Assembly: GCA_001563335.1 (NCBI GenBank)
Contig: LRSL01000092.1
Coordinates: forward strand, 1 to 36,229
Direction: 5' to 3'
Source of the DNA: Candidatus Thorarchaeota archaeon SMTZ1-45
GTDB lineage: Archaea > Asgardarchaeota > Thorarchaeia > Thorarchaeales > Thorarchaeaceae
DNA: 36,229 nt
In this document: positions 18,672 to 28,614 of the stretch, piece by piece
Layout: each line of letters opens with the position of its first letter
Numbering within the stretch: position 1 is the first letter of the stretch
Translations under genes and position numbers: made by a program
Notes under the pieces: model-generated
Seen by the model: only the letters and a program-made list of their open reading frames with translations
Database searches by the model: none
What the model was told of the DNA's origin: nothing

Positions 18672-19589
18672 TTGATTTCTAAGATCGGAATTGAAGTCAT
18701 AGATAGCCATGCACATTTTTTCACATATGACACTATCAAACGGTGGATAGATAGCGGAGCTTCGCTTGAGCGACTGCAGAATCGAGTTTCATTCCAAACT
18801 GATATGCCTCAATTAACGATTCCAGATGAAAATTGGGATGCTGGCCAGATGTGGGTCGATGAACTAGACAAATATGGAATTACAGCCATAGGTATGATGA
18901 TTGGGGAGGAGGTATGGGATGAGTTTAATGAAACTCGCAAAAGATTTCCTGGTCGATTCCTGGGTTATGCGAATATCAATCCTGCTGATGAAAATGCAGT
19001 TGATAAGGTGAAGAGAGCAGGAAGGGCTGGATTTCAAGGAATAAAGCTTTATCCAAGTTCATGGAACTTTCATGCCTATGATGACTGCGTTTATCCAATA
19101 TATGAAGAAGCTTTGAAACAGAAGTTATTGGTAATTCTTCACTTTGGGATTACTATTGGAAATCAAGCTAATCTTAGGTATGGAAATCCCCTTGACATTC
19201 AGAAACCTGCACTTGATTATCCTGACCTGAACTTCATGATTGCTCATTTTGGAGCAGGATTCTTTCGAGAAGTATTGATGCTTATGTACCAGACACATAA
19301 TGTTGTGATGGATACTAGCGGGAGTAACAATTGGATGAATTATCAAGAGGTTGACCTAACAATAACAAAGGTGTTTGAACGGGCTTTGAAAGCTGGTGCC
19401 TCATGCAGGGTAGTCTTTGGCACTGATTCATCATTTTTCCCACGTGGCTTCAGATATAATATTCTACAGGAGCAATATAATGCAGTAAAATCACTTTTAC
19501 CTCAATTTAATTATACTCAGGAAGACGTGAATTTAATTTTCAGAGATAATATCCTCCGACTTACGAATTTCAAACCAAAGAACGACTAG
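18672..19589 (+). CDS. Amidohydrolase_2-family metallohydrolase
   Basis: IDSHAH, GIKLYP, ILHFG, AHFG, DTS and FGTDS. GGAGG precedes the in-frame TTG at 18672. Confidence 0.88.
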   Translation: MISKIGIEVIDSHAHFFTYDTIKRWIDSGASLERLQNRVSFQTDMPQLTIPDENWDAGQMWVDELDKYGITAIGMMIGEEVWDEFNETRKRFPGRFLGYANINPADENAVDKVKRAGRAGFQGIKLYPSSWNFHAYDDCVYPIYEEALKQKLLVILHFGITIGNQANLRYGNPLDIQKPALDYPDLNFMIAHFGAGFFREVLMLMYQTHNVVMDTSGSNNWMNYQEVDLTITKVFERALKAGASCRVVFGTDSSFFPRGFRYNILQEQYNAVKSLLPQFNYTQEDVNLIFRDNILRLTNFKPKND

Positions 19590-19593
19590 GATT

Positions 19594-20847
19594 TTACGCT
19601 TTCCTTATCTTCTTCTCAAGACCCCTTAACTTCTTGGAGTCTCCACCTTCTCTGAATTTTGCTGCTGCTTCTTGATATTTTGCTAGGGCATCTCTAGAAC
19701 TTCCTTGTTTCGATAATTGGTCTCCTTGGTTCTCCAAATCTTTCCCCCACTCAATATAGGCTTCTCTTACTTTTTCTGAACAGCGAGCTCGTTTCTTGGC
19801 ATCAGTGCTGAACATATAGAGTTCTCGTGCTTTTCGAAATTGCACTATTGCCCATTCGTATTCATTGACTTTCATATGATTCTCGCCTTGGTCGAAATGA
19901 AATTTCGCCATTGAATCATATCCAACATCTACTCGCTTTGTACTTTCAGCAACCCCCTTTTCATTCCTTGCTTTCTCGAAAAGCATCTTTGCTATCTCAA
20001 AGGATTCGATTGCTCTTTCATGCTCATTTTCATCTAGAAGGTGCTCACCATGTTCGATTCTTGCTTTTCCCATGGCTTCAAAGACATAATCTGGGTACTC
20101 AAAATCATCTGAGGAAAGTGCAACACCACAATTTGGACATGCAGGAGTTTCCAACTCTTGGAGCGGCCCTTTCAACCCTACCTTTGATGGTTTTCCGACA
20201 ACAACATCAATGAATGTCTTTGTTGTGGTTCCTCTACCTTCAGGAAACAAGTGTTCAACAGCCTGCTTAGTTTCTTCTCGTATCTCTTTTGGAGCTCCTT
20301 CAGGGAATAGATGTTCGAGAGCTTCTTCCGTGGTTACTGGTATTTCCTCATCATAGACTCTTGGAGGTTCTATCTCTTTGAATGGCATTCCCACTTTGAT
20401 ATCTTCAACGCCTTCTTCCCATGAGAGATCCGTGCTTTTACCCTCAGGTATTGCTGGTTCTTCTACTGGACTATCAGTCATGGTTTCTGAGCTTTCCTCA
20501 ATCGAAGATTCTTCGATAAATGGGATGTCTTCTTCGATTGGTTTTTCCTCTGCGCTTTGCATGCTTGATTCTTCCCAACTTAGATCTTCATCCACAGGAG
20601 GTAATACCTCCGGTTCAATTAAAGAAGGTACTTCAGGTGGTAATTCATCAAGTGCAGAATCCTCCAAACTAGCCAGTTCTTCAGCTTCATCCAAGATTTC
20701 AGATTCCTCAAGTGATGGTTCCGGGGGCGCTGATGGCAAATCCTCAGGTACCTTGTTTCCGCAACCTATACAAAATGTCGACCCTCTTCTAATGCGTTTT
20801 TCACATGTTGGACAAATTACTTGATCTTGCATCTTCGACATTTCCAT
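19594..20847 (-). CDS. Zinc-ribbon / acidic linker / TPR- or alpha-SNAP-like helical-repeat protein
   Basis: CPTC..CIGC N-terminal ribbon, Glu/Pro-rich linker, CPNC, then repeats AIESFEIAKMLF, AIVQFRKARELY and ALAKYQEAAAKF. Confidence 0.7.
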   Translation of the reverse strand: MEMSKMQDQVICPTCEKRIRRGSTFCIGCGNKVPEDLPSAPPEPSLEESEILDEAEELASLEDSALDELPPEVPSLIEPEVLPPVDEDLSWEESSMQSAEEKPIEEDIPFIEESSIEESSETMTDSPVEEPAIPEGKSTDLSWEEGVEDIKVGMPFKEIEPPRVYDEEIPVTTEEALEHLFPEGAPKEIREETKQAVEHLFPEGRGTTTKTFIDVVVGKPSKVGLKGPLQELETPACPNCGVALSSDDFEYPDYVFEAMGKARIEHGEHLLDENEHERAIESFEIAKMLFEKARNEKGVAESTKRVDVGYDSMAKFHFDQGENHMKVNEYEWAIVQFRKARELYMFSTDAKKRARCSEKVREAYIEWGKDLENQGDQLSKQGSSRDALAKYQEAAAKFREGGDSKKLRGLEKKIRKA

Positions 20848-20940
20848 AGTTAGACAGTAGTATGTAACTACAGGTTAGAAACTTGAGTGTTCACATAAGA
20901 ACTGTTTTCGTACAAAATCACTGAATGCGGCTATTCATCA

Positions 20941-21576
20941 TTATGGGGTATATAAGTAGAAATACGCTATCCAAGCAATTATAATCCCAAGCATAACACC
21001 GGTGACTGATTGTACAAGAGTATGCTGTTCAAGTGTTACTCTAGAGTAAATAACAATAATCCAGATTACAGCAACTAATAAGGCAAATGGGCCATAGACA
21101 TAGATTAAAGCTGCGCCTGGTCCTCCAACTCCCGCTCCATGAACTGATATTTTCGATTTTAAGCTGACCAGCATTACTCCTAAAGTCACAGAAAAATAAG
21201 ATGCAGCTAGTGAGCTCATTATTTGACAACCTAGATAGCTATACAAAAGGAAAGCAATAACATAGCACATTATCGAGATCAAAAAGAACTTCGTTCTGCT
21301 CTCTCTCTCAGAGACATCCAAGTCCACGTTCCCTTTCCAAGCCTCATAAACAATAGGCAAAATGGGAAGAATAACCATCACGATAATGCAAATCATGATT
21401 GAAGATATTGGATCTAGAATTGATCCAAGACCAATTGGTGATGTCACAGAAAAAATGATTCCCACATAGAGATTGATGAGTGGCGCTGGAGTGAGCCTTG
21501 AAATTAAACGGGAAAATGTCACCCGCCTTCCTTTCAATTCCAGAAGCTCATCGTGATACTTCAATAGATTCACCAA
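20941..21576 (-). CDS. PAP2-like integral membrane protein
   Basis: Six to seven TM segments with KISVH and SRVTLEQHT motifs. Confidence 0.72.
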   Translation of the reverse strand: MVNLLKYHDELLELKGRRVTFSRLISRLTPAPLINLYVGIIFSVTSPIGLGSILDPISSIMICIIVMVILPILPIVYEAWKGNVDLDVSERESRTKFFLISIMCYVIAFLLYSYLGCQIMSSLAASYFSVTLGVMLVSLKSKISVHGAGVGGPGAALIYVYGPFALLVAVIWIIVIYSRVTLEQHTLVQSVTGVMLGIIIAWIAYFYLYTP

Positions 21577-21733
21577 GTATCCTTCGATAATTCATACCCA
21601 ATCTTCAATCTTTTCTCTAAAACTATGGGAGGATTATGCTTGGTAATGTATATCGCTTCAGTAGTTATATGACAACAAGCTTTTTCTTTATCCATTTAAC
21701 ACCTTTCAGATACCAGAACACCCAGAAACTGCC

Positions 21734-22060
21734 ATGGATGTGTACAAAAACATGCCCGCGATGCCGAAGCGTGAGATATTCGAGAGGATTATCCAAAATA
21801 TAACGAGCAAATTTCCCGATGTCTATGCAGCTCTCTTCATCAGTCCTGAAGGTTTTCCCATTAATACTTGGGGTGTAACATTGGAAAGGGCTGAAGAAAT
21901 CTCTGCTCTTCTAAGTGCATTAATTGGCAAAACTTGGGAGATAGTAAGGGGTGTCAAAGAAGGCGGCGAGTTAGCATTCATTCAGATTCAAACAAACATG
22001 GGTGGAATCAGAATCGCTCCTCAAGAGGAATTCATTCTAGTTACATTGACTCGTGGATAA
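21734..22060 (+). CDS. Roadblock/LC7 (MglB-like) domain protein
   Basis: AALFISPEGFPI...ISALLSAL...GELAFIQIQTNMG..I..ILVTL pattern, 108 aa. Confidence 0.85.
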   Translation: MDVYKNMPAMPKREIFERIIQNITSKFPDVYAALFISPEGFPINTWGVTLERAEEISALLSALIGKTWEIVRGVKEGGELAFIQIQTNMGGIRIAPQEEFILVTLTRG

Positions 22061-22272
22061 ACCTGCATTTGACAGTATCTTAATTACATTCAAAGAACAG
22101 CAGTCCAAGTATAATATAGGCATAAAGAGTCAACTTCTTTAGAGGAATTATAGTCATATCACTCGGTGTGTTCACTAGTGCTATTTTTATACTCAGTGAA
22201 TCGACACTATCATGTTTAGATACTCAACAAAGTCTGAGGATAGAAGTTGGGTGATATAGGGAGGTCTTCTAT

Positions 22273-23325
22273 TTGTCACCAAAGAAGGCAGCAGATGAAG
22301 AATACGACGAAGAGGAAATGGACTATGAGGAATTTGAAGGAACCAATGAAGAAACTCTTGAGTCAGGAGGCGATGACTCTAGTGTTTCTGGGATTGAGGT
22401 AACTGATCTTCCCGGTGTAGGTCCAGCTATTGGAAAACGTTTAGCTGAATCTGGCTACAAGAATGTTGAAGCTATTGCGGTTGCATCACCCGGTGAACTT
22501 GCTGCTGCAGGATCAATTGGTGAAACCACAGCTACTAAAATCATCAAAGCAGCCCGTGAGATGCTAGATATTGGTTTTGAAACAGCTGATCTTCTTCTTG
22601 AGAGACGAAGGACCGCTGGCAGAATTACTACTGGATCAAAAGCTCTTGACGAGCTGTTTGGTGGTGGAATTGAAACTCAATCAATCACTGAGATGTATGG
22701 CTCTTTCAGATCTGGGAAGACACAAATGGCGCATCAATTAGCTGTAAATGTTCAACTTCCTTCTGACCAAGGCGGTCTGAGTGCGAAAGCAATCTATGTT
22801 GACACTGAAGGTACTTTTCGACCAGAACGCTTAGTTGACATGGCAGAAGCATATGGTCTGGATAGTGCGAAAGTTCTCAAGAATGTCGTATGGGCTCGTG
22901 CCTATAATTCAGACCATCAAATTCTATTATGCGATCAAGCTATGGAGATGGCGACTGAGCATAACGCAAAACTGCTAGTTATAGACTCAGTAACAAGTCA
23001 TTTTAGAGCAGAATATACTGGTAGGGGAACTCTAGCGGCAAGGCAGCAGAAACTCAACAAGCATTTGCATCATCTTCAGAGAGGTGCAGAGATTAACAAC
23101 ATGGCAATTTACATCACAAACCAAGTGATGTCTCGTCCTGATGCTTTCTTTGGCGATCCAACAGCACCAGTGGGAGGACATGTATTAGCACACGTACCAC
23201 AGACTCGCTGTTATCTTAGAAAGTCAAAGGGAGAACGGAGAATATGTCGTCTTGTGGACTCTCCCAATCTTCCTGAAGGCGAAGCTGTATTTACTGTTTT
23301 GAAAGAAGGCATTCGCGACGTCTAG
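22273..23325 (+). CDS. radA: DNA repair and recombination protein RadA
   Basis: N-terminal HhH (DLPGVG), FETA polymerisation motif, GSFRSGKT Walker A, DTEGTFRPER and LLVIDS Walker B; SD GGGAGGT before TTG. Confidence 0.97.
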   Translation: MSPKKAADEEYDEEEMDYEEFEGTNEETLESGGDDSSVSGIEVTDLPGVGPAIGKRLAESGYKNVEAIAVASPGELAAAGSIGETTATKIIKAAREMLDIGFETADLLLERRRTAGRITTGSKALDELFGGGIETQSITEMYGSFRSGKTQMAHQLAVNVQLPSDQGGLSAKAIYVDTEGTFRPERLVDMAEAYGLDSAKVLKNVVWARAYNSDHQILLCDQAMEMATEHNAKLLVIDSVTSHFRAEYTGRGTLAARQQKLNKHLHHLQRGAEINNMAIYITNQVMSRPDAFFGDPTAPVGGHVLAHVPQTRCYLRKSKGERRICRLVDSPNLPEGEAVFTVLKEGIRDV

Positions 23326-23329
23326 TTCT

Positions 23330-23368
23330 TAGAAGAAGTTGATGGTTTCATAGAAACCATCTCTTCTA
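23330..23368. terminator. Bidirectional hairpin between convergent radA and GGR
   Basis: GATGGTTTC-ata-GAAACCATC (23341-23361) with outer TAGAAGA/TCTTCTA arms. Confidence 0.6.
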
Positions 23369-23370
23369 GT

Positions 23371-24723
23371 CTATTCAAAGTTGGCTGATTCAATAATATC
23401 CAGAACTGACTTTTCCCAACTATCAAGTTTATCTGGGCTATTTGGATAATTGCTATAGAGTTTACTCAATTTCTTCATAAGCCCAGCAGCTTTCTGCAAT
23501 TTCATTAAGAGCGAAATCCTTCCTGCACCTCTCTTCACTCTTTTCAGTTTATCTACTGTACTGAGCGAGAGACCATCACCGCGATTTGCAGCCATTAAAT
23601 CCTCTGCCTCGAGGAGTCTTCGTTCAAAACCAAAGTTCATGTCATCATCGGAAACAGCTTGCAAAAATCTTCGGAATATCTCCAGAGAGGCTAGTCTCTG
23701 ACCAAAGAATGGAAAATATCGAGTGTTGTAAGACCATAAACCATTTGCTGAGATGTCTCGCATTGCTATTGCGCCTCTTACAACTTCCCCTAGTATTACT
23801 CCTGCTCTCATACCTGCTCCTATACCGCCTCCATGTATTGGATTAACTTGGAGAGCTGAGTCTCCAACAAAAGCGATACCATCACCAACCAGACTTTTCA
23901 GAGGTCTGCGTACTGGTACTGCACCTCCTTTTCCCTCTATTAACTTTGCACCAAAAAGCAGTGGATATTGTTCTTTGAATCTTTTAAAATACGATTTAGG
24001 TGATCCGCGTCCCTCGCCACCAGTTATTCCAACACCTGCATTGATCTCTTGGACACCCTTTGGGAATATCCACGCATATCCCTTTGGTGCAATCTCTCCT
24101 CCTAGAAAGACACGTGCAACTTCTGGCTCAGCTAATGGCATCTTTAAGGATAGAATCTCCCTATAACATAGCGCGATGTCTTCTTTGGCTATGTTTTTTT
24201 CAATCAATGGGTTCTCTAGTTTATTTCTAATTACTGCTGCAAAACCACTAGCATCCACAACAACCTTACTCTTTACTATTTCAATGTCTTTGGACATGAG
24301 ATCCTTATACTCAATACCTGTGACCTGATCTCCAATCATCATTGGTCCACCAACATGAACATTAGGAATAAAGTGTGCTCCTGCACTAATCGCTTCTCGT
24401 AGCAGTCGTTGTCCAAAACTGAGTCTGTTCACTGTCCATCCATCAAACTCTGCCCACCCTCTGATTTTCAACTCATTCTTCATGTTGGGTGGATAGACAT
24501 CTGCCCCTCCAATTACAGAGGATATTTCATCACCCTCTGGATAGTCAATTCCTGTTGCTTCGAAATGTGCCTTGCTAACCTCATCCCCACATACTTTCTG
24601 ACCAATTTCTTCCATTGGTTTTCTGTCTAAAAGAAGTGTTTTCAATCCTAGTTCTGCGCACCTTCTAGCTGTCACGCATCCTGCGGATCCTGCTCCAACA
24701 ATTACAACATCAGGCTTCTTCAA
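23371..24723 (-). CDS. Geranylgeranyl reductase-family flavoprotein (DGGGPL reductase-like)
   Basis: GAGSAG, KVCG, DASG, PKGYAWIFP and VGDSA...NPIHGGGI. Confidence 0.92.
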   Translation of the reverse strand: MKKPDVVIVGAGSAGCVTARRCAELGLKTLLLDRKPMEEIGQKVCGDEVSKAHFEATGIDYPEGDEISSVIGGADVYPPNMKNELKIRGWAEFDGWTVNRLSFGQRLLREAISAGAHFIPNVHVGGPMMIGDQVTGIEYKDLMSKDIEIVKSKVVVDASGFAAVIRNKLENPLIEKNIAKEDIALCYREILSLKMPLAEPEVARVFLGGEIAPKGYAWIFPKGVQEINAGVGITGGEGRGSPKSYFKRFKEQYPLLFGAKLIEGKGGAVPVRRPLKSLVGDGIAFVGDSALQVNPIHGGGIGAGMRAGVILGEVVRGAIAMRDISANGLWSYNTRYFPFFGQRLASLEIFRRFLQAVSDDDMNFGFERRLLEAEDLMAANRGDGLSLSTVDKLKRVKRGAGRISLLMKLQKAAGLMKKLSKLYSNYPNSPDKLDSWEKSVLDIIESANFE

Positions 24724-24828
24724 AGTCTATCGATATGAAAAAAGCACTCTGGAATTTAAATGCCTGCATGATTACCCATGTTCAGAGCCAAACAGAACGG
24801 TTATTTGCTTAGAGGGCAGGACCGGATT

Positions 24829-26124
24829 ATGAACTCCTCACAGAGTTTGATTGTTGTCGGACTTCAATGGGGTGACGAAGGTAAAGGAAAGATTGTTGAT
24901 GTTCTTTCCGAGAAATTCGATATAGTAGTTAGGTTCCAAGGTGGTAGTAATGCCGGACACACTGTGATTATTGGTGATAAAACATACAAATTCAGAATTA
25001 TGCCCACAGGTGTGGTAAGGGGCAAGAAAGTTGTAATTGGAAATGGTGTTGTCGTTGATCCTGTTGTCCTTTTAGAAGAAATTGAAGCTTTAAAGTCAGC
25101 TGGCATAGATATTGATTTGCTAATTAGCGACCGTGCACATCTAATCACTCCATATCAGATTCAACTTGATGATCTCATGGAAACTGCAAAAGGTAACCAA
25201 AAATTGGGTACTACAAAAAGAGGCATCGGTCCCACCTATTCAGACAAGGTATCCCGTGTAGGTGTGAGATTTTGTGACTTTGTTCATCATAAATCAAAGC
25301 AATGGTTAACTCTTGAAAGTTCATCAAAATCTCAAATTGAGAAGATTCATGGAATTAAAGTTGAAAACTCTGATGCAACCTTATTTGATTCCTTCTCTTC
25401 CAACGTGAGGAAATTACTCCCTTATGTTGGTGATTGCGGGGAATATCTTGAGTCTAAATTCAATACTGGCAGTCGCGTTCTCTTTGAAGGTGCACAAGGA
25501 GCACTCCTAGATATTGACCATGGAACCTATCCTTTTGTTACCAGCTCGAACTGCGTTTCTGCTGCAGCTTCAACTGGAACTGGAGTTTCCTTCAATAGAC
25601 TAAACTCTGTTCTAGGCATCTGTAAAGCTTACATGACACGGGTTGGCACAGGACCATTTCCAACAGAACTTAATGACGAGGTTGGAAAAAGGATGCAAAA
25701 TCAGGGTAGGGAGTTTGGTACCGTGACTGGTCGTCCACGAAGATGTGGTTGGCTCGACCTTGTTGCATTAAAATATGCAATTCGGCTTAATGGTTGCAGG
25801 TATCTTGCCATTACAAAAGTAGATGTTCTTTCAGGAATTAATCCTCTGAAGGTTTGCGTAGAATATGATATCGATGGAATAGAAACAAGATCCTACCCTG
25901 CTAGTGCAGAGTTGCTTTCAGATGCTACTCCCGTCTATGATAAACTCGAAGGTTGGTCTGAAATAAATATGATTTCTCCAAAATCTAAGGGCTTTAGCAA
26001 TCTCCCTCATCAACTGCGTAATTATCTGAATTTCATAGAAGAAATAACTGGTTCACAAATAGCCATGGTATCTGTTGGACCTGACAGAGCTGACACTTTG
26101 TTAGTCCCTGATGTCCAAATATAA
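24829..26124 (+). CDS. purA: Adenylosuccinate synthetase
   Basis: QWGDEGKGK, GGSNAGHT, GTTKRGIGP, EGAQG, GTYPFVTSS and GTVTGRPRRCGW. ATG 24829 preferred. Confidence 0.97.
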   Translation: MNSSQSLIVVGLQWGDEGKGKIVDVLSEKFDIVVRFQGGSNAGHTVIIGDKTYKFRIMPTGVVRGKKVVIGNGVVVDPVVLLEEIEALKSAGIDIDLLISDRAHLITPYQIQLDDLMETAKGNQKLGTTKRGIGPTYSDKVSRVGVRFCDFVHHKSKQWLTLESSSKSQIEKIHGIKVENSDATLFDSFSSNVRKLLPYVGDCGEYLESKFNTGSRVLFEGAQGALLDIDHGTYPFVTSSNCVSAAASTGTGVSFNRLNSVLGICKAYMTRVGTGPFPTELNDEVGKRMQNQGREFGTVTGRPRRCGWLDLVALKYAIRLNGCRYLAITKVDVLSGINPLKVCVEYDIDGIETRSYPASAELLSDATPVYDKLEGWSEINMISPKSKGFSNLPHQLRNYLNFIEEITGSQIAMVSVGPDRADTLLVPDVQI

Positions 26125-26127
26125 TGA

Positions 26128-26664
26128 CTAAACATGTTTTAGCTCTATCATTACGATGGAACCGATGATGACTGCTGCTATTATCAACAAAAGTGGTGGT
26201 GCATAGTTTAGAAAAATCCCAAAATATTGCACAATCCGTGCAGGGTCTAATGCTATAATAGTCAGATGTCCCCAAACTAGTAGAAAACCATAGATTGCAA
26301 AAATCGGATAGAGCACAGGTCCTCCAGTTATTACAAGTAAAAGAATAATCACAGCTAGTCGACTCTTAGTCGGATCGAATAATGGCACCTTGATTGTTTC
26401 TTGATCACTGACCTCAAAGTAATATGCTATGAGAAAGGTTGGTATTCGCATTCGAATGAATTCAAGAATTTGAATACCTTGTTGAATTGAGAGAAGGACA
26501 AATGTGTGGCAGAGCATGTAACTGAGAATCATTGCATTTAGAATAGGTAATGAGGATGTAAAGAGTTGAAGACTCTCGATAATTCCAACTAGAACTGAGA
26601 AGTTAACCAAGAATAGGAACAGATGAGTAACTCCACCTCTTAAGTACTGAAGTTTCTTTACCAT
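26128..26664 (-). CDS. Hypothetical membrane protein (about 4 TM)
   Basis: Hydrophobic segments; lies 23 bp downstream of a Rab-like gene on the same strand. Confidence 0.75.
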   Translation of the reverse strand: MVKKLQYLRGGVTHLFLFLVNFSVLVGIIESLQLFTSSLPILNAMILSYMLCHTFVLLSIQQGIQILEFIRMRIPTFLIAYYFEVSDQETIKVPLFDPTKSRLAVIILLLVITGGPVLYPIFAIYGFLLVWGHLTIIALDPARIVQYFGIFLNYAPPLLLIIAAVIIGSIVMIELKHV

Positions 26665-26687
26665 TCATATCCATCCTAGTAGTCCTC

Positions 26688-27287
26688 TCAGACACCTAGC
26701 TTGAATGGTTTTGGTGGTCGAGTTCCTGTTATTTGATCAAGCTGACCTAGCTCAGCTTGTTTGGCTATTGCCATTTTGACCAGATCAGTAAAGAGCAGGT
26801 TGATATTTTCGCCTGTCTTAGCTGAGGTTTCATAGTGTAGGACATCCAACCAATTGGTGACCATCTTGCCGGCTTCTGGAGGGACAAGTCTGTCCTCACG
26901 GTCAATCTTGTTGGCTACGACCGCAACTACAGCATTTGGGCACACAGTGATAAACTTGGTGAACCACTCACCAATGTCCAAAAAAGTCTGAGGACGAGTG
27001 ACATCGTAAACAATTATTGCCATAGATGCGCCTGCCATATATCTACGTCTCAGTTCATTATAGGTTGGTTGGCCAGCAAGATCCCAAAGAACAACACGAG
27101 CTGTAATAGAACTTCCACTTGGTGATATCGTGTTAACCGTCTTCAAGGCAAATGTTGTGCCAATGGTAGCGATATAGCGCTCGCTAAAACTATCCTCTGT
27201 ATATCGTTTTATGCAGCTAGTCTTGCCCACTGCTCCATTTCCCAAGGCAACCATTTTGAGCATGTGACTAGCGTCTTCCATTGACAT
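26688..27287 (-). CDS. Rab-like small GTPase
   Basis: G1 GNGAVGKT, G2 TIG, G3 WDLAGQ, G4 NKID, G5 ETSAK and VYDVT. Confidence 0.93.
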   Translation of the reverse strand: MSMEDASHMLKMVALGNGAVGKTSCIKRYTEDSFSERYIATIGTTFALKTVNTISPSGSSITARVVLWDLAGQPTYNELRRRYMAGASMAIIVYDVTRPQTFLDIGEWFTKFITVCPNAVVAVVANKIDREDRLVPPEAGKMVTNWLDVLHYETSAKTGENINLLFTDLVKMAIAKQAELGQLDQITGTRPPKPFKLGV

Positions 27288-27463
27288 GACGCAGCGTCCT
27301 AATGTTCACTACCGTGTATTTTTGGAGTTGTTTGGTTAATAATAGTTCTGAGTATATCCCTGTAATATCATACGTTTTGCATAGAAAGATATATTGTAAT
27401 TATGGATTCATCATAGTAAGGATTATACTTGACATTTTCCATATTCGGATGTAATTTCGACTG

Positions 27464-28180
27464 GTGGTGACTACCTTGGCAGAGCAATTTCTTAGCCGTT
27501 TGACAAAGATAGAAGAAAGCATAAACCAACTAGGTGAAACCCTAAAACGAATGATTACAATTCTGAGCACGGTCACTGAGATAAAATCTGAAGTACGCGT
27601 TGCTAAAGAAGAGATTTTGGCTGCTCTGGGAAGTCAAGCCAAAGCTGCTCATCCACCAGATAATCAGGAAGATTTGGCGAATATGGTTGTTCAGGAAGTA
27701 GGAGCCATCCGTGTATTCGTTCAACAATCGATGGAAGACCTCAGGAATGAGATGATTGACATCATTGAGAGTCTTCCTACTCCGGAACCAATACCTGTAT
27801 CTACTCCTGCTGCACCTCCACCGGTCACACCAACTCCAACGCCTACCCCAGCTCCTACCCCCTCGGCTGAACCAGCTCCCACACCCTCCGTTGCTCCATC
27901 ATCAATTCCAGCTGACCGAGGGATGGAGATTGCAGGTCAACTTAACAGAATCGTAAAATCTCTGAAGATGGGCTGTATAGCAGGAGATGTCTTGGATACG
28001 ATGGCTGAAGTAAAAGCAGCTATTTCAAAGATTGTACCGAGCGATCCGATTATGGTTCATATCGACAGATGGGCTGGTGTGGTGGGTGGATATCAGAAAC
28101 GCAAAGAACTCCAAGCTCGTGATATTTTAAAATTGAAGAAAGAAATCAAGGCTGAAATTCCAAAATACAAACCCGCTTAG
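27464..28180 (+). CDS. Hypothetical coiled-coil / Pro-rich linker / helical-domain protein
   Basis: Heptad-like N-terminus, PT/PA repeat linker and helical C-terminal domain. Confidence 0.75.
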   Translation: MVTTLAEQFLSRLTKIEESINQLGETLKRMITILSTVTEIKSEVRVAKEEILAALGSQAKAAHPPDNQEDLANMVVQEVGAIRVFVQQSMEDLRNEMIDIIESLPTPEPIPVSTPAAPPPVTPTPTPTPAPTPSAEPAPTPSVAPSSIPADRGMEIAGQLNRIVKSLKMGCIAGDVLDTMAEVKAAISKIVPSDPIMVHIDRWAGVVGGYQKRKELQARDILKLKKEIKAEIPKYKPA

Positions 28181-28599
28181 TCTTCAATTATTGGTGCTCC
28201 ATCCGCAATGAGCTTCATGGTCGCAAGAACTCTGATTATGTCCGTAGTAGCTACAAGTCCAATAATATCATTTCCTTCAATGACTGGAATGTGACGCTTT
28301 CCTGTCTGATTCATTAGAGATATAGCTTGTCCAAGATCCGCATCTGGTCCTATGGTAACCACAGGTGTTGTCATGATATCTTCTAAGCAGAGAGTTTGGA
28401 ATGACTCTTCTGAAAGAAGTTGAGCACCTATGATCTCTCGAAGAGTGACCATACCTGCAAGAACGTCTGCTTTTGTGACTAAGAGACTCCCAACATCTTC
28501 AACAGCCATTAGTCTAGCTGCGTCTACAACAGGAGTATCAGATTCGGCAGTGATTATAATCGAAGTCATGAAGTCCCTTACTTTCACGTTTTGTTTCAC
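28177..28599 (-). CDS. CBS-pair domain protein
   Basis: VRDFMT..., VGSLLV, LEDIMTTPVVTI and RHIPVI..IIGLV. Confidence 0.92.
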   Translation of the reverse strand: MKQNVKVRDFMTSIIITAESDTPVVDAARLMAVEDVGSLLVTKADVLAGMVTLREIIGAQLLSEESFQTLCLEDIMTTPVVTIGPDADLGQAISLMNQTGKRHIPVIEGNDIIGLVATTDIIRVLATMKLIADGAPIIED

Positions 28600-28614
28600 C
28601 TCAACTGGAAGAAG

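Noticed and set aside
27775-27910. CCA/CCT-rich low-complexity DNA as a tandem repeat element
   Set aside because: Explained by the Pro/Thr/Ala linker with varied codons.
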